From contig CAWEEQ010000004.1 of the NCBI GenBank assembly GCA_963808235.1, positions 2,304,001-2,368,000 on the forward strand: a stretch of 64,000 nucleotides of DNA, in the 5' to 3' direction. Shown here one piece after another: positions 18,403 to 28,538 of the stretch. Within the stretch, counting starts at the first letter, position 1. Each line of letters begins with the position of its first letter. Below the pieces are notes generated by a model, which was given only the letters and a program-made list of their open reading frames with translations, made no database searches and had not been told where the DNA came from. The position numbers and the translations under genes are program-made. Source of the DNA: an uncultured delta proteobacterium. Lineage in GTDB: Bacteria; Desulfobacterota; Binatia; Binatales; Binataceae.

Positions 18403-19593
18403 TTGATTCGCGCGCCACACGTAAAACGATCGCGAACTTCTCAAGCGCTGCGACGCAAGCCGGCGCGCGATCGCGCCGACGCTCGCGAACGAATCGAGCC
18501 CCATCCGATTCGACTCGGACCGAATCTCTACATCGCACATACTCAGCCCGGTTTTGAGGCGGTCGCCTCCGACGAGATTGCGACCCGCATCGCCGGCGCT
18601 CGCGAGATAACCCGGCGCAGCGTGCCCGATCGCGCCGGCATGACGATCTTCTTCGCACCCGCCGCGCAGAAGCTCGGCGCGCTTCGCACCGTCGAAGATC
18701 TGTTCGGATTGGCCGGTTATCGCCCCGGCCTTGCGCCGGAAATGCAGACGCTGGAGAAAGTCCGCGCTGCGGCGCGTGAGGCTCCGCTCGTCGAGCCTGC
18801 GCTACAGTCCCGGGTCAAAATTTCACCGGGCGCGCGCGCAGGCAGACGGCTCAAGTTCCGGGTGATCGCAAGGATGGCCGGGGAGCACGAGTTTCGCCGA
18901 GTCGATTTTCAGCATGCGGTGGAACGCGGAATCGTGGAACGGACCGATCACACCTGGCGCCTGGAAGAAGAAGACGCCGAGGTCGAGTTGTGGGCCACCA
19001 TGATCGACTCGGAGTTCTTTCTGACCGTGCGACTCAGCGACGACCGGATGCGGCATCGCGAATATAAGGCCGCGCATCGGCCGGCTTCGCTCCGCGCGTC
19101 AAGTGCGGCGGCGATGGCGTGGCTGTCCGAGCCGCGCGACGACGATGTGGTGCTCGATCCTTTTTGCGGAGCGGGAACGATTCTGATCGAGCGCGCGCAT
19201 CTGGGTAAGTACGCGATGCTCCTGGGCAGCGATCGTGACCAGGGCGCGCTCGCGGCCGCGCGAATCAACGTAGGCGCTCGCTACAAGCCGATACAGCTTG
19301 AACCTTGGGACGCGGCTGCGCTCCCGGTCGCCGACGCGAGCGTCAGCAAAATAGTCACCAACCTGCCGTGGGGAATCCGCTACGGTTCGCACGGCGAGAA
19401 TCGAAAACTCTATCCCCAATGGTTCCGCGAGTTCGCGCGCGTGCTCAAAAACGGCGGCACGACGGTGATCCTCACCGCGGAATGGCGGCTGATGCGCGAT
19501 CTCGAGCGCAGCCATAAGATTGCGCCGGGCAAGATCATCCGCGTGTCGATCCTCGGCACGCCCGCTTCCGTGTATGTAATCAAAAAGTCGTAG
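18403..19593 (+). CDS. THUMP/UPF0020-type SAM-dependent amino-methyltransferase (Trm11/RlmL-like)
   Basis: RHREYK...ASLR...AAAM, DPFCGAGTI, TNLPWG (NPPY-like). Confidence 0.8.
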   Translation: MIRAPHVKRSRTSQALRRKPARDRADARERIEPHPIRLGPNLYIAHTQPGFEAVASDEIATRIAGAREITRRSVPDRAGMTIFFAPAAQKLGALRTVEDLFGLAGYRPGLAPEMQTLEKVRAAAREAPLVEPALQSRVKISPGARAGRRLKFRVIARMAGEHEFRRVDFQHAVERGIVERTDHTWRLEEEDAEVELWATMIDSEFFLTVRLSDDRMRHREYKAAHRPASLRASSAAAMAWLSEPRDDDVVLDPFCGAGTILIERAHLGKYAMLLGSDRDQGALAAARINVGARYKPIQLEPWDAAALPVADASVSKIVTNLPWGIRYGSHGENRKLYPQWFREFARVLKNGGTTVILTAEWRLMRDLERSHKIAPGKIIRVSILGTPASVYVIKKS

Positions 19594-19599
19594 CGACTC

Positions 19600-20447
19600 T
19601 TACACCGCGGTAAAGCCGGCGCGGCTGATGAGCACACGGTGGGCGCCGAGCCGCAAACTCATCGCCTCGACCAGCTCGCGCTCGGCACCGGGTTGGAACC
19701 ATCGTTCGTAGCCATGCCTCGCGTACAGCTCGCGCATCCCGAGCGCGCAGATCGCGCACCCCCTGCGCCGTCGCCGTCGAAGTAGGTGTCAACTATCACG
19801 CGATCGGCTGAGTCGGCTGCGAGCTCGGCGAATCGCTCGGGATTGTTGGGCATCATCGGCGCGATTGCGAGTTGCACGAAAATGCCGCGCGCGCGGAACA
19901 TCCGCGCCGTGCGGAGCCGCCGCTCGATCGACGGCGAAGTCGGCGTGATCGCGCGGCGCACGCAGTCGTCGTCGGTCTCGAGCGTGATCGAGACGATCGC
20001 GCGGTCACCGAGCGCGCGAATTATTTCGACATCGCGCTCGACAAGCGGGCTTCGGGTCTGGATCAGGAGCCGGCGGATCGGATGGCGCACGAATGCCTCG
20101 AGCGCGGCGCACGTCAGTCCGAGCCGCCGCTCGATTCCCTGGTACGGATCGGTCGCGCTGGACATGAAGATCGTCGTTTCGCCGAGTCGGTGCTTTTCTT
20201 CGAGCGCGACCAGTTCATGTTCGAGACGCTCGGCGAGATTTGACTTGGCGATCACCCAACTTCCCCAGTCTCCCGATTCGGTCCGCGCGACGGGCAGCGT
20301 GCGGACGTAGCAGTACGGGCATCCGCCGGCGTCGCCGAAAGCGCATCCGACGTAGGGGTTGAGTGAGAACGCGAAGCCCTTAAGGAAACCGCCGGTCGGC
20401 GTGAGCGCGCGCGTGGCCGGCTTCAGCCTATAGCGTTTGGTCGACAA
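19600..20447 (-). CDS. SPL-like radical SAM protein, frameshift near 19745
   Basis: SLNPYVGC..CPYCY, SSATDPYQ, TSPSIERRL. The C-terminus continues in another frame (LGMRELYARHGY...AGFTAV*). Confidence 0.8.
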
Positions 20448-21821
20448 CTACTTCGCGGCGGGCGAGAAGAAAGCCAGCACCGCGGTCGAGATTTGACGCT
20501 GCTCACTGCCGTCGATAGGCACCACCCAGGCCATCGGGGGCGGCGCGGTTCCGATCGCCTGGTCGGGAGAGCCCAGCAATCGCACCCCGGCATAAATGAA
20601 CGACGACGAATCGGGAGACCAGATTGTGTGGGAGACCGCGAGCTGATCGAAGAAACGATACGCGGTCGATTCCTCAGTCGTGGTGAGAAAATTCCCGAGC
20701 TCTTTTCCCTTGCCGCTCTGAACGTCGACCACCGCCCACGTGTAATACGGCTTTTCTTCGGGCACCTGGATATAGGCGAGGTGGCGCGAGTCGGGCGCGA
20801 AGAAAAATGCGGCGACCTCGTTCTTGGTCAGCCACTTCGAATTCGCGTTCGCGATATCGACCAGTTTGATCCCGTGATAGACCGGATTTTGCGGCGTCAG
20901 CGCGGTCGAGTATGCCAGATGCGCCGAGTCGGGCGCCCAAATGAAGCTGTTCTCTCCAACTGGCAGGCTCACGATCGAGCGCGGATTTTTCGCGTCCGCG
21001 TCGGCAACCACAATGTTAGATTCGGCGTGGTAATTTGCGATGTAGGCGAGATGCTTTCCGTCTGGCGACCAGCATGGAGTCTTGAACGGCGTGCGCCCGC
21101 TCGAGAGCACTTTCTCGACGTTCTGGCTGGTCGGCGTCAGGCTCATCAGCGAAACCTGCTCGGTGCGATCGGAATTCAGTGCCAGCGTATGCACCGCCAG
21201 CTCGCCCGCATTCGCGCCCCAATCGAAATAGAGCGGCATCCCGGTGGTGACGATTCTGACCGGCGACGATTCCTTGATCTCCGCGAGCATCAGGCTCAGT
21301 CCGCGCGGCTCGTCGATGAGGAACGACAGATGCTGCCCGTCGGAGAGCCAGCTCATGTAAATGATACGCTCGGTGCGGCTTTCGAAGATCTCAGTCGGCT
21401 GCTGGCGCGCCAGATCGTAAACCCAGAGCGCGAACGAGTTGTCGGAATCCTTGCGCCCCTCGGACCAGTACGCGAGGCGTTTGCCGTCGGGCGAGAAGGT
21501 CGGGAATCCATACTGAGTGCCGCTGCCGGGGCGATCTTCGGAGCCGTCGTCGGCGACTCGAACGATTAGATCGTCGCGCCCGTCGTCGCGCCGCACGCGG
21601 GTCGCCGGAGCCCTGCAGGTGACACATTTGGGCTCCGCACATTTCGCGTCGCAGTAGTAGATATTGCCGTCCGTGCCGACGAACGTGATCGCGCCGCCCG
21701 GGACAGGAGCACCGTGTGCAATCGTCGCGACCAACAGCAGCAGGCATCCGGCCGCAGCCGAGATTCGGAGCCAGGCGCGAATAGACAAGACACGTATGGA
21801 AAAAATCGCTGATATCGTCAT
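20448..21821 (-). CDS. Secreted TolB-like (PD40) beta-propeller protein
   Basis: Signal peptide and repeated FSPDG/WSPDG/WAPDS motifs. Confidence 0.8.
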   Translation of the reverse strand: MTISAIFSIRVLSIRAWLRISAAAGCLLLLVATIAHGAPVPGGAITFVGTDGNIYYCDAKCAEPKCVTCRAPATRVRRDDGRDDLIVRVADDGSEDRPGSGTQYGFPTFSPDGKRLAYWSEGRKDSDNSFALWVYDLARQQPTEIFESRTERIIYMSWLSDGQHLSFLIDEPRGLSLMLAEIKESSPVRIVTTGMPLYFDWGANAGELAVHTLALNSDRTEQVSLMSLTPTSQNVEKVLSSGRTPFKTPCWSPDGKHLAYIANYHAESNIVVADADAKNPRSIVSLPVGENSFIWAPDSAHLAYSTALTPQNPVYHGIKLVDIANANSKWLTKNEVAAFFFAPDSRHLAYIQVPEEKPYYTWAVVDVQSGKGKELGNFLTTTEESTAYRFFDQLAVSHTIWSPDSSSFIYAGVRLLGSPDQAIGTAPPPMAWVVPIDGSEQRQISTAVLAFFSPAAK

Positions 21822-21946
21822 CGAACTTTAGAATCGAGCTTTAGAATTGCGCCTGCACGGGGGGCAAGGCAAGAACAGTTCGGTCGAAGCAAGAACGATC
21901 TCTGCCGTGTGTTGACTTGACCCTCCGATCAGGCAAAGTTGGACGG

Positions 21947-22399
21947 ATGCGGCGAGCTGCAATAATTTTAAGCGCTGCGCTTTTGCTTGGCCTCCCCTCC
22001 ATTACGAACGCGCAGTACAACGACAGCGATCGGCAGAATCCCAAGGAATATCACGACGAGGATTCGCAGCCTCTCGCGATAGTCAGCTACCTGTTTTACC
22101 CGATTGGGTACGCGTTCGAATGGCTGGTGGGACGTCCGCTCCACTACGTCGCCACCGAAAGTCCGGTGGCGCCTATATTCCGACCGGTCGGCGGCAATGA
22201 CGAATCTCCTCCGCCGCCGGTTCCGGTGATCCCCGATAACTCGCTCAATTCCGCCGCAGCGGAAGCGCCGCCGCCTCAGGATTGGACGCCCACGCATCAG
22301 CACACGACTCCGCCGGCTGCAGGGGGCGTCGCGCAGCCCGCGTCACCGTCGCAATCGTCGGGGATGCCGCCCACGAGTGTTCAGCCGACGATGCACTGA
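21947..22399 (+). CDS. Exported hypothetical protein with Pro-rich tail
   Basis: Signal peptide, YPIGYAFEWLVGRPLH segment. Confidence 0.65.
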   Translation: MRRAAIILSAALLLGLPSITNAQYNDSDRQNPKEYHDEDSQPLAIVSYLFYPIGYAFEWLVGRPLHYVATESPVAPIFRPVGGNDESPPPPVPVIPDNSLNSAAAEAPPPQDWTPTHQHTTPPAAGGVAQPASPSQSSGMPPTSVQPTMH

Positions 22400-22580
22400 G
22401 ACTGCGCGTTTCACGCGAAATGTAACCGTCTGGGCGATCCACCAGAACATCGCGGCGCTATGTTGCCCTTGTAATGTTGCGTATCTTTAGGCAATAGAAT
22501 TTTTGCTAATCGGCTACGTCCAATCTGATAGGGTGAGCTAATGTGTCCTCATCCACTTGTGGGAGGTCCTGACACCTGAA

Positions 22581-23192
22581 ATGGCTGTTGCAGCGAAAGA
22601 AAAAGCTCCGACCGATCCGGCCGAACTGAAGAAGTGGCGTGAGGACGAGCAAGCCAAGGAACGCGCGAAACGCGACAAGGAAAAGACCGAACTCGGCACG
22701 CTGTGGAGCCGTCGCGATTTCCTGGGCGTGCTCGGATGGAGCGGCTTCGGCGCATTCTCGCTGATCGGATTGCTCGCGGCCGTGCGGTCCGCATTTCCGC
22801 GCGTGCTGTTTCTGCCCCCGTCGAAGTTCAAGGCCGGCTTGCCTGACGATTACGTAGTCGGCGAAGTCAGCGAGAAGTACAAGCAGGATTTCCGCACCTG
22901 GATTATCCGCACCAAGGCCGGCTTCTACGCGATCTTCGCCAAGTGCACTCACCTCGGATGCACTCCGCGATGGCTCAAGACCGAACAGAAGTTCAAGTGC
23001 CCGTGCCACGGCTCCGGCTACTACATCAGCGGGCTGAACTTCGAGGGCCCCGCGCCGCGCCCGATGGATCGATTTAAGATCTACGTCGGCGACGACGGCC
23101 AGCTCGTGGTCGATAAAGCGGTCATCTACACGATGGAACCAGGAGTCGATCCCAACGAGCAGCATCCAGAGAGCATCCTGAAAATCGTCTGA
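22581..23192 (+). CDS. Rieske [2Fe-2S] protein (bc/b6f type)
   Basis: Tat motif SRRDFL + TM helix, CTHLGC and CPCHGS boxes, GPAPRP. Confidence 0.92.
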   Translation: MAVAAKEKAPTDPAELKKWREDEQAKERAKRDKEKTELGTLWSRRDFLGVLGWSGFGAFSLIGLLAAVRSAFPRVLFLPPSKFKAGLPDDYVVGEVSEKYKQDFRTWIIRTKAGFYAIFAKCTHLGCTPRWLKTEQKFKCPCHGSGYYISGLNFEGPAPRPMDRFKIYVGDDGQLVVDKAVIYTMEPGVDPNEQHPESILKIV

Positions 23193-23196
23193 GGGA

Positions 23197-24720
23197 CTAC
23201 GCGAGCGCGAGACGCTCGAGCTGATCTTTGGGCGCTTCCATCTCGAGTAGGGCGGCGCGGAGTTTTTCGGCCGCTCGTTTTTCTTCCGTGGTACCAGCTA
23301 AGTTCGCTTCTTCGGCGGGATCGTCGCGCACGCGATACAGATTGTTGCCGCTGAACTTGCCCATCGCCCAGTACGGAAGCAAATCGCCAGCTCTGAACGG
23401 CTGGCGGATTACCGGAATCCGCGAGCCCGGCATCCGGTCGAGCACCGCGCGCTCATCGGGCGGTGGTAGCAGGAGCTCGGGACGCTGCGGGATCGGCATC
23501 GTGGACCATCGATTCGACCACAGACTTAAGGGGGCGTTGTCGCCCGCCGGAGCGCGCGCGTACTTCATTTCTGCGTCGATTAGGTGCACCTCGCGGCCCC
23601 ATATTCCGGCGATCGCCCAGTCGCGAATCGAGTTCGCCTCGCGAGTCATCAGCGGGAGCATCGAGCGCCCGTGCGTGCGATGCGCCAGCTCCACGCCGAA
23701 GATGTCGGCGAGCGTTGCGCAGATATCCACGTTGGTCGTGAGCGCGTCGACGCTGCCCGCGCCGATTCCCGGCGATGCGATCAGCAACGGCGTATGCCCG
23801 AGCGGCTCGTAGATAGGCACCGCGGGCTTGCCCCAGATATCTTTTTCGCCGAGGTAATGACCGTGATCGGTGCATACGATCACGGCGGTATCGTCATAAA
23901 ATCCGCCTCGCTCGATTGCCGCCAGCAGCTTGCCGAGCCACATGTCGATCATCGTGAGCTTCGCTCCGTACGACGCGCGAATCTGCGTCGCATCTCTTTT
24001 CGTGATCACGCCGCGTTCAATCGCGCCGCGTAAATACGGCGGCCAGATCAGATGCGCGCCTTGCCACGACGAATCGTACATCGAAGCGTACGGCTCCGGC
24101 GTGTCGAACGGCTCATGCGGATCGAATTCGTCGATGAACAGCATGAACCGATCGTGGCTGCGCGCCGAGCGCTCGAGCCATTCGGTCGCGGCAACCATCG
24201 TGCGCGGCCCCGGAAAATCCGCCTCGTCGCGAAAATAGCCGCGCGAATTGTCATACGGAGTCTGACCGCGCCCGAAAGACGGCGCTCCAATCCAGCTTGG
24301 GTCCGGACGCGTCTGCCAGGGGTCGCTCTCGTGCCCGCGCTGGTAGTCCCAGGCGGTGAAGTCGGTGTGATAGTTCTCGCCGCCGACTTCAAACAAATGC
24401 GGATGGTCCGAGACGAGCTTGGTGACGACGCCGGCCGCGCGAAGGTACGCGGTCAGCGGCCGTTCCCAGATCTCGATCGAGCCCCACGGCTTCCACAGGA
24501 AATCGATCGCACCGCATAGGATGTCGTGACGGGCTGGGATGCATGGCAGCGAACCGGCGTAATGACGATCGAAGCGAACGGCCCGGCGCGCGAACGCGTC
24601 AAGGTTGGGTGTTGAGAACTCGCGCCCGCCGTATGCACCGAGCATGTGGCGATTGAGGCTGTCGAGCAGGATTACGATGGCGTTTTGCGGCCGCAGCGCA
24701 GTGGCGTGATTCGGGGTCAT
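23197..24720 (-). CDS. Cys-type sulfatase
   Basis: LLDSL, CIPAR (CxPxR), DPHEPF, TDHG..LGE. Confidence 0.9.
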   Translation of the reverse strand: MTPNHATALRPQNAIVILLDSLNRHMLGAYGGREFSTPNLDAFARRAVRFDRHYAGSLPCIPARHDILCGAIDFLWKPWGSIEIWERPLTAYLRAAGVVTKLVSDHPHLFEVGGENYHTDFTAWDYQRGHESDPWQTRPDPSWIGAPSFGRGQTPYDNSRGYFRDEADFPGPRTMVAATEWLERSARSHDRFMLFIDEFDPHEPFDTPEPYASMYDSSWQGAHLIWPPYLRGAIERGVITKRDATQIRASYGAKLTMIDMWLGKLLAAIERGGFYDDTAVIVCTDHGHYLGEKDIWGKPAVPIYEPLGHTPLLIASPGIGAGSVDALTTNVDICATLADIFGVELAHRTHGRSMLPLMTREANSIRDWAIAGIWGREVHLIDAEMKYARAPAGDNAPLSLWSNRWSTMPIPQRPELLLPPPDERAVLDRMPGSRIPVIRQPFRAGDLLPYWAMGKFSGNNLYRVRDDPAEEANLAGTTEEKRAAEKLRAALLEMEAPKDQLERLALA

Positions 24721-24826
24721 CGTCTCTGAATCCCTGACTCAGACTCAGTTTATATGCGAATTGGCAATTTGATAGTGTGCTTGACGCCGCAATGGATTCA
24801 ACGCCGTGTAGTCAGGCAGGGGGACT

Positions 24827-25177
24827 ATGCTCGAAGAGCACAAATTCTTTACCGGGATGTTCGCATTCGGAGGTCGCGGGCTGGAAGAGCCGGTCAGCTT
24901 GGAGCCCAAGGCGGTCTATACAGTGCCACCGAACAAACGCGCGCAATTCATCTACGGACGGATCGGCAACCCGACGACCGAGTTTCTCTATGTGGCGCTC
25001 CAGCGCGACGGCAAATCGGTTCGTTTGTTCCCGTGCGGTCCGAAGAGCGGGATTACCGTACCGCTCGCGATCATCGATGACTGCCTGCCCGGCAGCATGG
25101 TCGAACTGAAGATCGCGGCGCCCGAGGGGCTCGCGGCGAAGGTGATGATAGACGTCGGCTTCGTGGAGTTCGAATGA
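24827..25177 (+). CDS. Small uncharacterised protein of the type seen next to assimilatory nitrate/nitrite reductase genes
   Basis: 116 aa, GGGGA RBS, ATGA-coupled to the next gene. The family assignment is from recollection. Confidence 0.7.
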   Translation: MLEEHKFFTGMFAFGGRGLEEPVSLEPKAVYTVPPNKRAQFIYGRIGNPTTEFLYVALQRDGKSVRLFPCGPKSGITVPLAIIDDCLPGSMVELKIAAPEGLAAKVMIDVGFVEFE

Positions 25178-27273
25178 AGAACAAGCGCAATCTGGTCGTG
25201 ATTGGCAACGGCATGGCGGGAGCGCGGACCGTGGAAGAGATTCTCGCCCGCGGCGGCGCCGAGATGTTCAACATCGCGATGTTCGGGGGCGAGCCGTTCG
25301 GAAACTACAACCGGATCATGTTGTCCGGGGTGCTTGACGGGTCTCACAAGGCGGCCGAAATCGTTCTCAATCCGCTCGCATGGTATGAGCAGAACCATAT
25401 CCGACTGCATGCGGGTGTTCGCGCCGCGCGGATCTTGCGCTTCGCCCGCCGCGTGCTCGGAGCCGACGGATCCGAAGAGTCATATGACAAGCTTATCATC
25501 GCGACCGGCAGCCGCTCCTTCATTCCGCCGATTCCCGGGTTGACGCAAAGCGACGGCGGCATGAAACCGGGCGTCTTCGGGTTTCGCTCGCTTGAAGATT
25601 GCCGACGGATGGCAGACTATGCGCACGGCAAAAAGCGCGCGGCGGTAATCGGCGGCGGTCTGCTCGGGCTTGAATGCGCGCACGGGCTGCAAAGCCTCGG
25701 CCTCGAAGTCCACGTCATGCATCGCTCGACCCACTTGATGAATCAACAGCTCGACCCTGCGGCCGGCGCGATCCTGCGGTCGCTGGTCGAAGAAAAGGGC
25801 ATCCGCGTGCATCTGGGGGCGGACACGGCCGCGGTCCTCGGGGACGAGCGCGTCAGCGGACTCGAATTCAAGAACGGCGAGACGCAAGAGTGCGAGCTGG
25901 TGGTCTTCGCCACCGGAATTCGGCCCAATGCCGAAATCGGGACCCAATGCGGCCTCACTGTCCAGCTTGCGATCGTGGTCAACAACCAGATGCGCAGCGA
26001 TGACGATCCGCACATCTACGCGGTCGGCGAGTGCGTGCAGCATCGCGGGCAGACCTACGGCCTGGTGGCGCCGATATGGGAACAGGCCAAGGTGCTCGCC
26101 GATCATATAACCGGAACCAATTCCAACGCGTCGTATTTCGGCTCCAAGATCGCGACCCGGCTCAAGGTCGCGGGCGTCGAGTTGGCCTCGATGGGACTGA
26201 CGGAGCCCGTCGAGGCGCGCGACGAGGTAGTGCAGTTTGCCGAACCGAAGCATGGGACCTACAAGAAGCTGATCATCCGCGACGGTCGCCTGATAGGCGG
26301 TATATTGCTCGGCGACAGTGGCAAGGCTGCCTACCTGCTGCATGCATTCGAGAGCGACGCGCAGCTGCCCGATGAACGAATCCATTTGCTGTTCGATATT
26401 GGCGCCGCGCCCAAACGAGTGACGCTCGATCAGATCCCGCTTGATGCGCAGATCTGCAATTGCGAGAAGATCAACAAGGGCGCGATCGTCGAATGCGTGA
26501 AGAGCGGTCTGCGCACGGTGGAAGAGGTAAAAGCGGCGACGCGCGCCGGTCTTGCATGCGGGTCGTGCGCGGCGATGGTCGGCGAGATCGTCGAGTGGGC
26601 GTGCGGCGGTCAAAATTCCGCGCCCGCTCAGGAAGAAGCGGAATTGCCGGGTTCGGATGGAGAGCATGAGCTACAGGACAAGTACGGCACGAGCTTCCAG
26701 GCACTCGCGTTCTACAACCATCGCGTGCTGGACCACCTGAATTCCGCGATGCAGGAATTCATCGTTCAGCAGGAAATGATGTTCGTCGGAACTGCGGACA
26801 GGAACGGGAACGCGGACGCCTCGTTCCGGGCGGGGCACGCGAACTTTGTTAAAGTGCTCGACCAACGAACCATCGCCTACCCGGAGTTTCGCGGCAACGG
26901 GGTGATGTCGAGCATGGGAAACATTTCGGAAAATCCGCACGTCGGGCTGATGTTCATCGATTTCGGGAAGGACCGGATCGGTCTGCACGTGAACGGAAGC
27001 GCACGCATCGTCGAGCACGACGAGTTCGTGCGATTGCTGGAGGCTCGTTCGGCCGCGAACGTTGTGCTCGGGGACTCGATGCTTACTGACCTGATCGCCA
27101 AGGATGCCGGCAACCTCGAGCGCTGGGTGATCGTTTCAGTCGACGAGGCATTCATGCACTGTTCCAAGCATATCCCGCTGATGAAGAAGGCCGACCTTGA
27201 AGTGAGTTGGGGAACCGACGACGTGAAGGCCAAAGGCGGAGATTACTTCGGCGCTGACCGAGTCGGGAAGTGA
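25174..27273 (+). CDS. NirB/NasB-like FAD/NAD(P)H oxidoreductase + BFD [2Fe-2S] fused to a pyridoxamine 5'-phosphate oxidase-like domain
   Basis: VIGNGMAG, YNRIMLS, GGGLLGLE, CNC..CGSC. Then SFRAG, YPEFRGNG, ENPHVGLMFIDF, HCSKHIP. Confidence 0.85.
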   Translation: MKNKRNLVVIGNGMAGARTVEEILARGGAEMFNIAMFGGEPFGNYNRIMLSGVLDGSHKAAEIVLNPLAWYEQNHIRLHAGVRAARILRFARRVLGADGSEESYDKLIIATGSRSFIPPIPGLTQSDGGMKPGVFGFRSLEDCRRMADYAHGKKRAAVIGGGLLGLECAHGLQSLGLEVHVMHRSTHLMNQQLDPAAGAILRSLVEEKGIRVHLGADTAAVLGDERVSGLEFKNGETQECELVVFATGIRPNAEIGTQCGLTVQLAIVVNNQMRSDDDPHIYAVGECVQHRGQTYGLVAPIWEQAKVLADHITGTNSNASYFGSKIATRLKVAGVELASMGLTEPVEARDEVVQFAEPKHGTYKKLIIRDGRLIGGILLGDSGKAAYLLHAFESDAQLPDERIHLLFDIGAAPKRVTLDQIPLDAQICNCEKINKGAIVECVKSGLRTVEEVKAATRAGLACGSCAAMVGEIVEWACGGQNSAPAQEEAELPGSDGEHELQDKYGTSFQALAFYNHRVLDHLNSAMQEFIVQQEMMFVGTADRNGNADASFRAGHANFVKVLDQRTIAYPEFRGNGVMSSMGNISENPHVGLMFIDFGKDRIGLHVNGSARIVEHDEFVRLLEARSAANVVLGDSMLTDLIAKDAGNLERWVIVSVDEAFMHCSKHIPLMKKADLEVSWGTDDVKAKGGDYFGADRVGK

Positions 27274-27277
27274 GGCA

Positions 27278-28348
27278 TCAGAAGTTGCGCCGATAGGTCA
27301 CGTAGTTCGCGCAGACTTTGGCGCCCAGCTTTTCCGCCGTGCGCCGCGACGGCCAGTTGTCGTCGAGGACCAGCGTGTAGCTCAGGTACTTCGAACCGCT
27401 TTTGATCAAGTGCAAGTACGAATACGCCGCCATCGCGAGGTTCACGCCGCGGTGGCGGGCTGACTCGAGCACGCCGATGCCGAGGAAGTTCAACTTCTCG
27501 TGATCGCCGAGCTTGCGTCCCACTTTCACAATCGCAGCGTCCGGATTCGCCGGCGTAACCATCAGCGCGCCAACTGGTTGGCCGTCGCGATAGGCGAGCA
27601 CCGAGGTCTCGAGCGCGCCTGACATCGCGAAGAAATCGAACAAGTACGCCAACTCGGCGGTCGTGAACGGTGTCGTGCCCCAATGGCGTGCGAACGCCTG
27701 GTTCCAGGTAGTTTCGAAATCGCGGAGCCGCGAACCGGCTGGCAGGTCTTTCATCGCAACGATTTCAAACCCCGCGGCGCGGCATCCTTCGAGTGCGCTT
27801 TCATAGCGCGCGACCAGTTCGGGCGTGACCTTAATCTTGTAGTCGACCCATCCCTGCTCGGTTTCGAAGCCGGCATCTTTGAGTAGCGCGTGATAGTAAC
27901 CGGGATTCTGCCGCGCGATGTCGGGGGGCAGGGATTCGTAGTCGTCGATCACGAACGGGAATTCGAGCAGTCCGAATCCGGCGCGAGCCGCGATTGCGCC
28001 CTGCCCTTTAAGCCACTCCGACGCTTCGTCGATCATCGCTCTAACACTCGCGCTCGTGCCCGGCATCGCCTCGAACATCACGATATGTCCGAGCGCTTCA
28101 TTCCAATGAAGCTGGTAACGGCGATCTATTACCGCGACCGCGCGCGCCGCTATCCGGCCGTCTACGCGCGCCACGAACGGGCGAATGATACGGCCCTCTG
28201 CAAACGGCCCTTCACCCATCAGGAGCGGCAGTTGCACCGCAACCATCGCGGGCCATCGCGCGCTGCGGTACTCATAAACCCGATCCTGAAATAAAATGAA
28301 CTCGGTCAGCGCTTCTTCGCCTGACGGACTCTCGATGTTGAATGCCAA
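27278..28348 (-). CDS. GNAT-like hypothetical protein
   Basis: NPGYY..LL..AGF, GIGVLESARHRGV acetyl-CoA motif, N.PSRR.AEKLG. Confidence 0.7.
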   Translation of the reverse strand: MAFNIESPSGEEALTEFILFQDRVYEYRSARWPAMVAVQLPLLMGEGPFAEGRIIRPFVARVDGRIAARAVAVIDRRYQLHWNEALGHIVMFEAMPGTSASVRAMIDEASEWLKGQGAIAARAGFGLLEFPFVIDDYESLPPDIARQNPGYYHALLKDAGFETEQGWVDYKIKVTPELVARYESALEGCRAAGFEIVAMKDLPAGSRLRDFETTWNQAFARHWGTTPFTTAELAYLFDFFAMSGALETSVLAYRDGQPVGALMVTPANPDAAIVKVGRKLGDHEKLNFLGIGVLESARHRGVNLAMAAYSYLHLIKSGSKYLSYTLVLDDNWPSRRTAEKLGAKVCANYVTYRRNF

Positions 28349-28538
28349 GTGTGGATTCTCCAGCCGAAAATTAATCGTCGCGAGGGAGTTTCGCGCGGCT
28401 CGCCTTGTTTCAGATCTCGGCGTGCGCTAACCCGTATGCAAGGGCGAGCGTAGCGCCGCGCGTGTCAGAGGGTCAAACATTTGCACAATCGCCACGCGCT
28501 TCGAGCAATCGCCAACCGCCGGCCAAGGAGCGAATTGT

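Noticed and set aside
25174-27273. Calling this gene nitrite reductase nirB
   Set aside because: No siroheme/[4Fe-4S] catalytic domain and no nirD.
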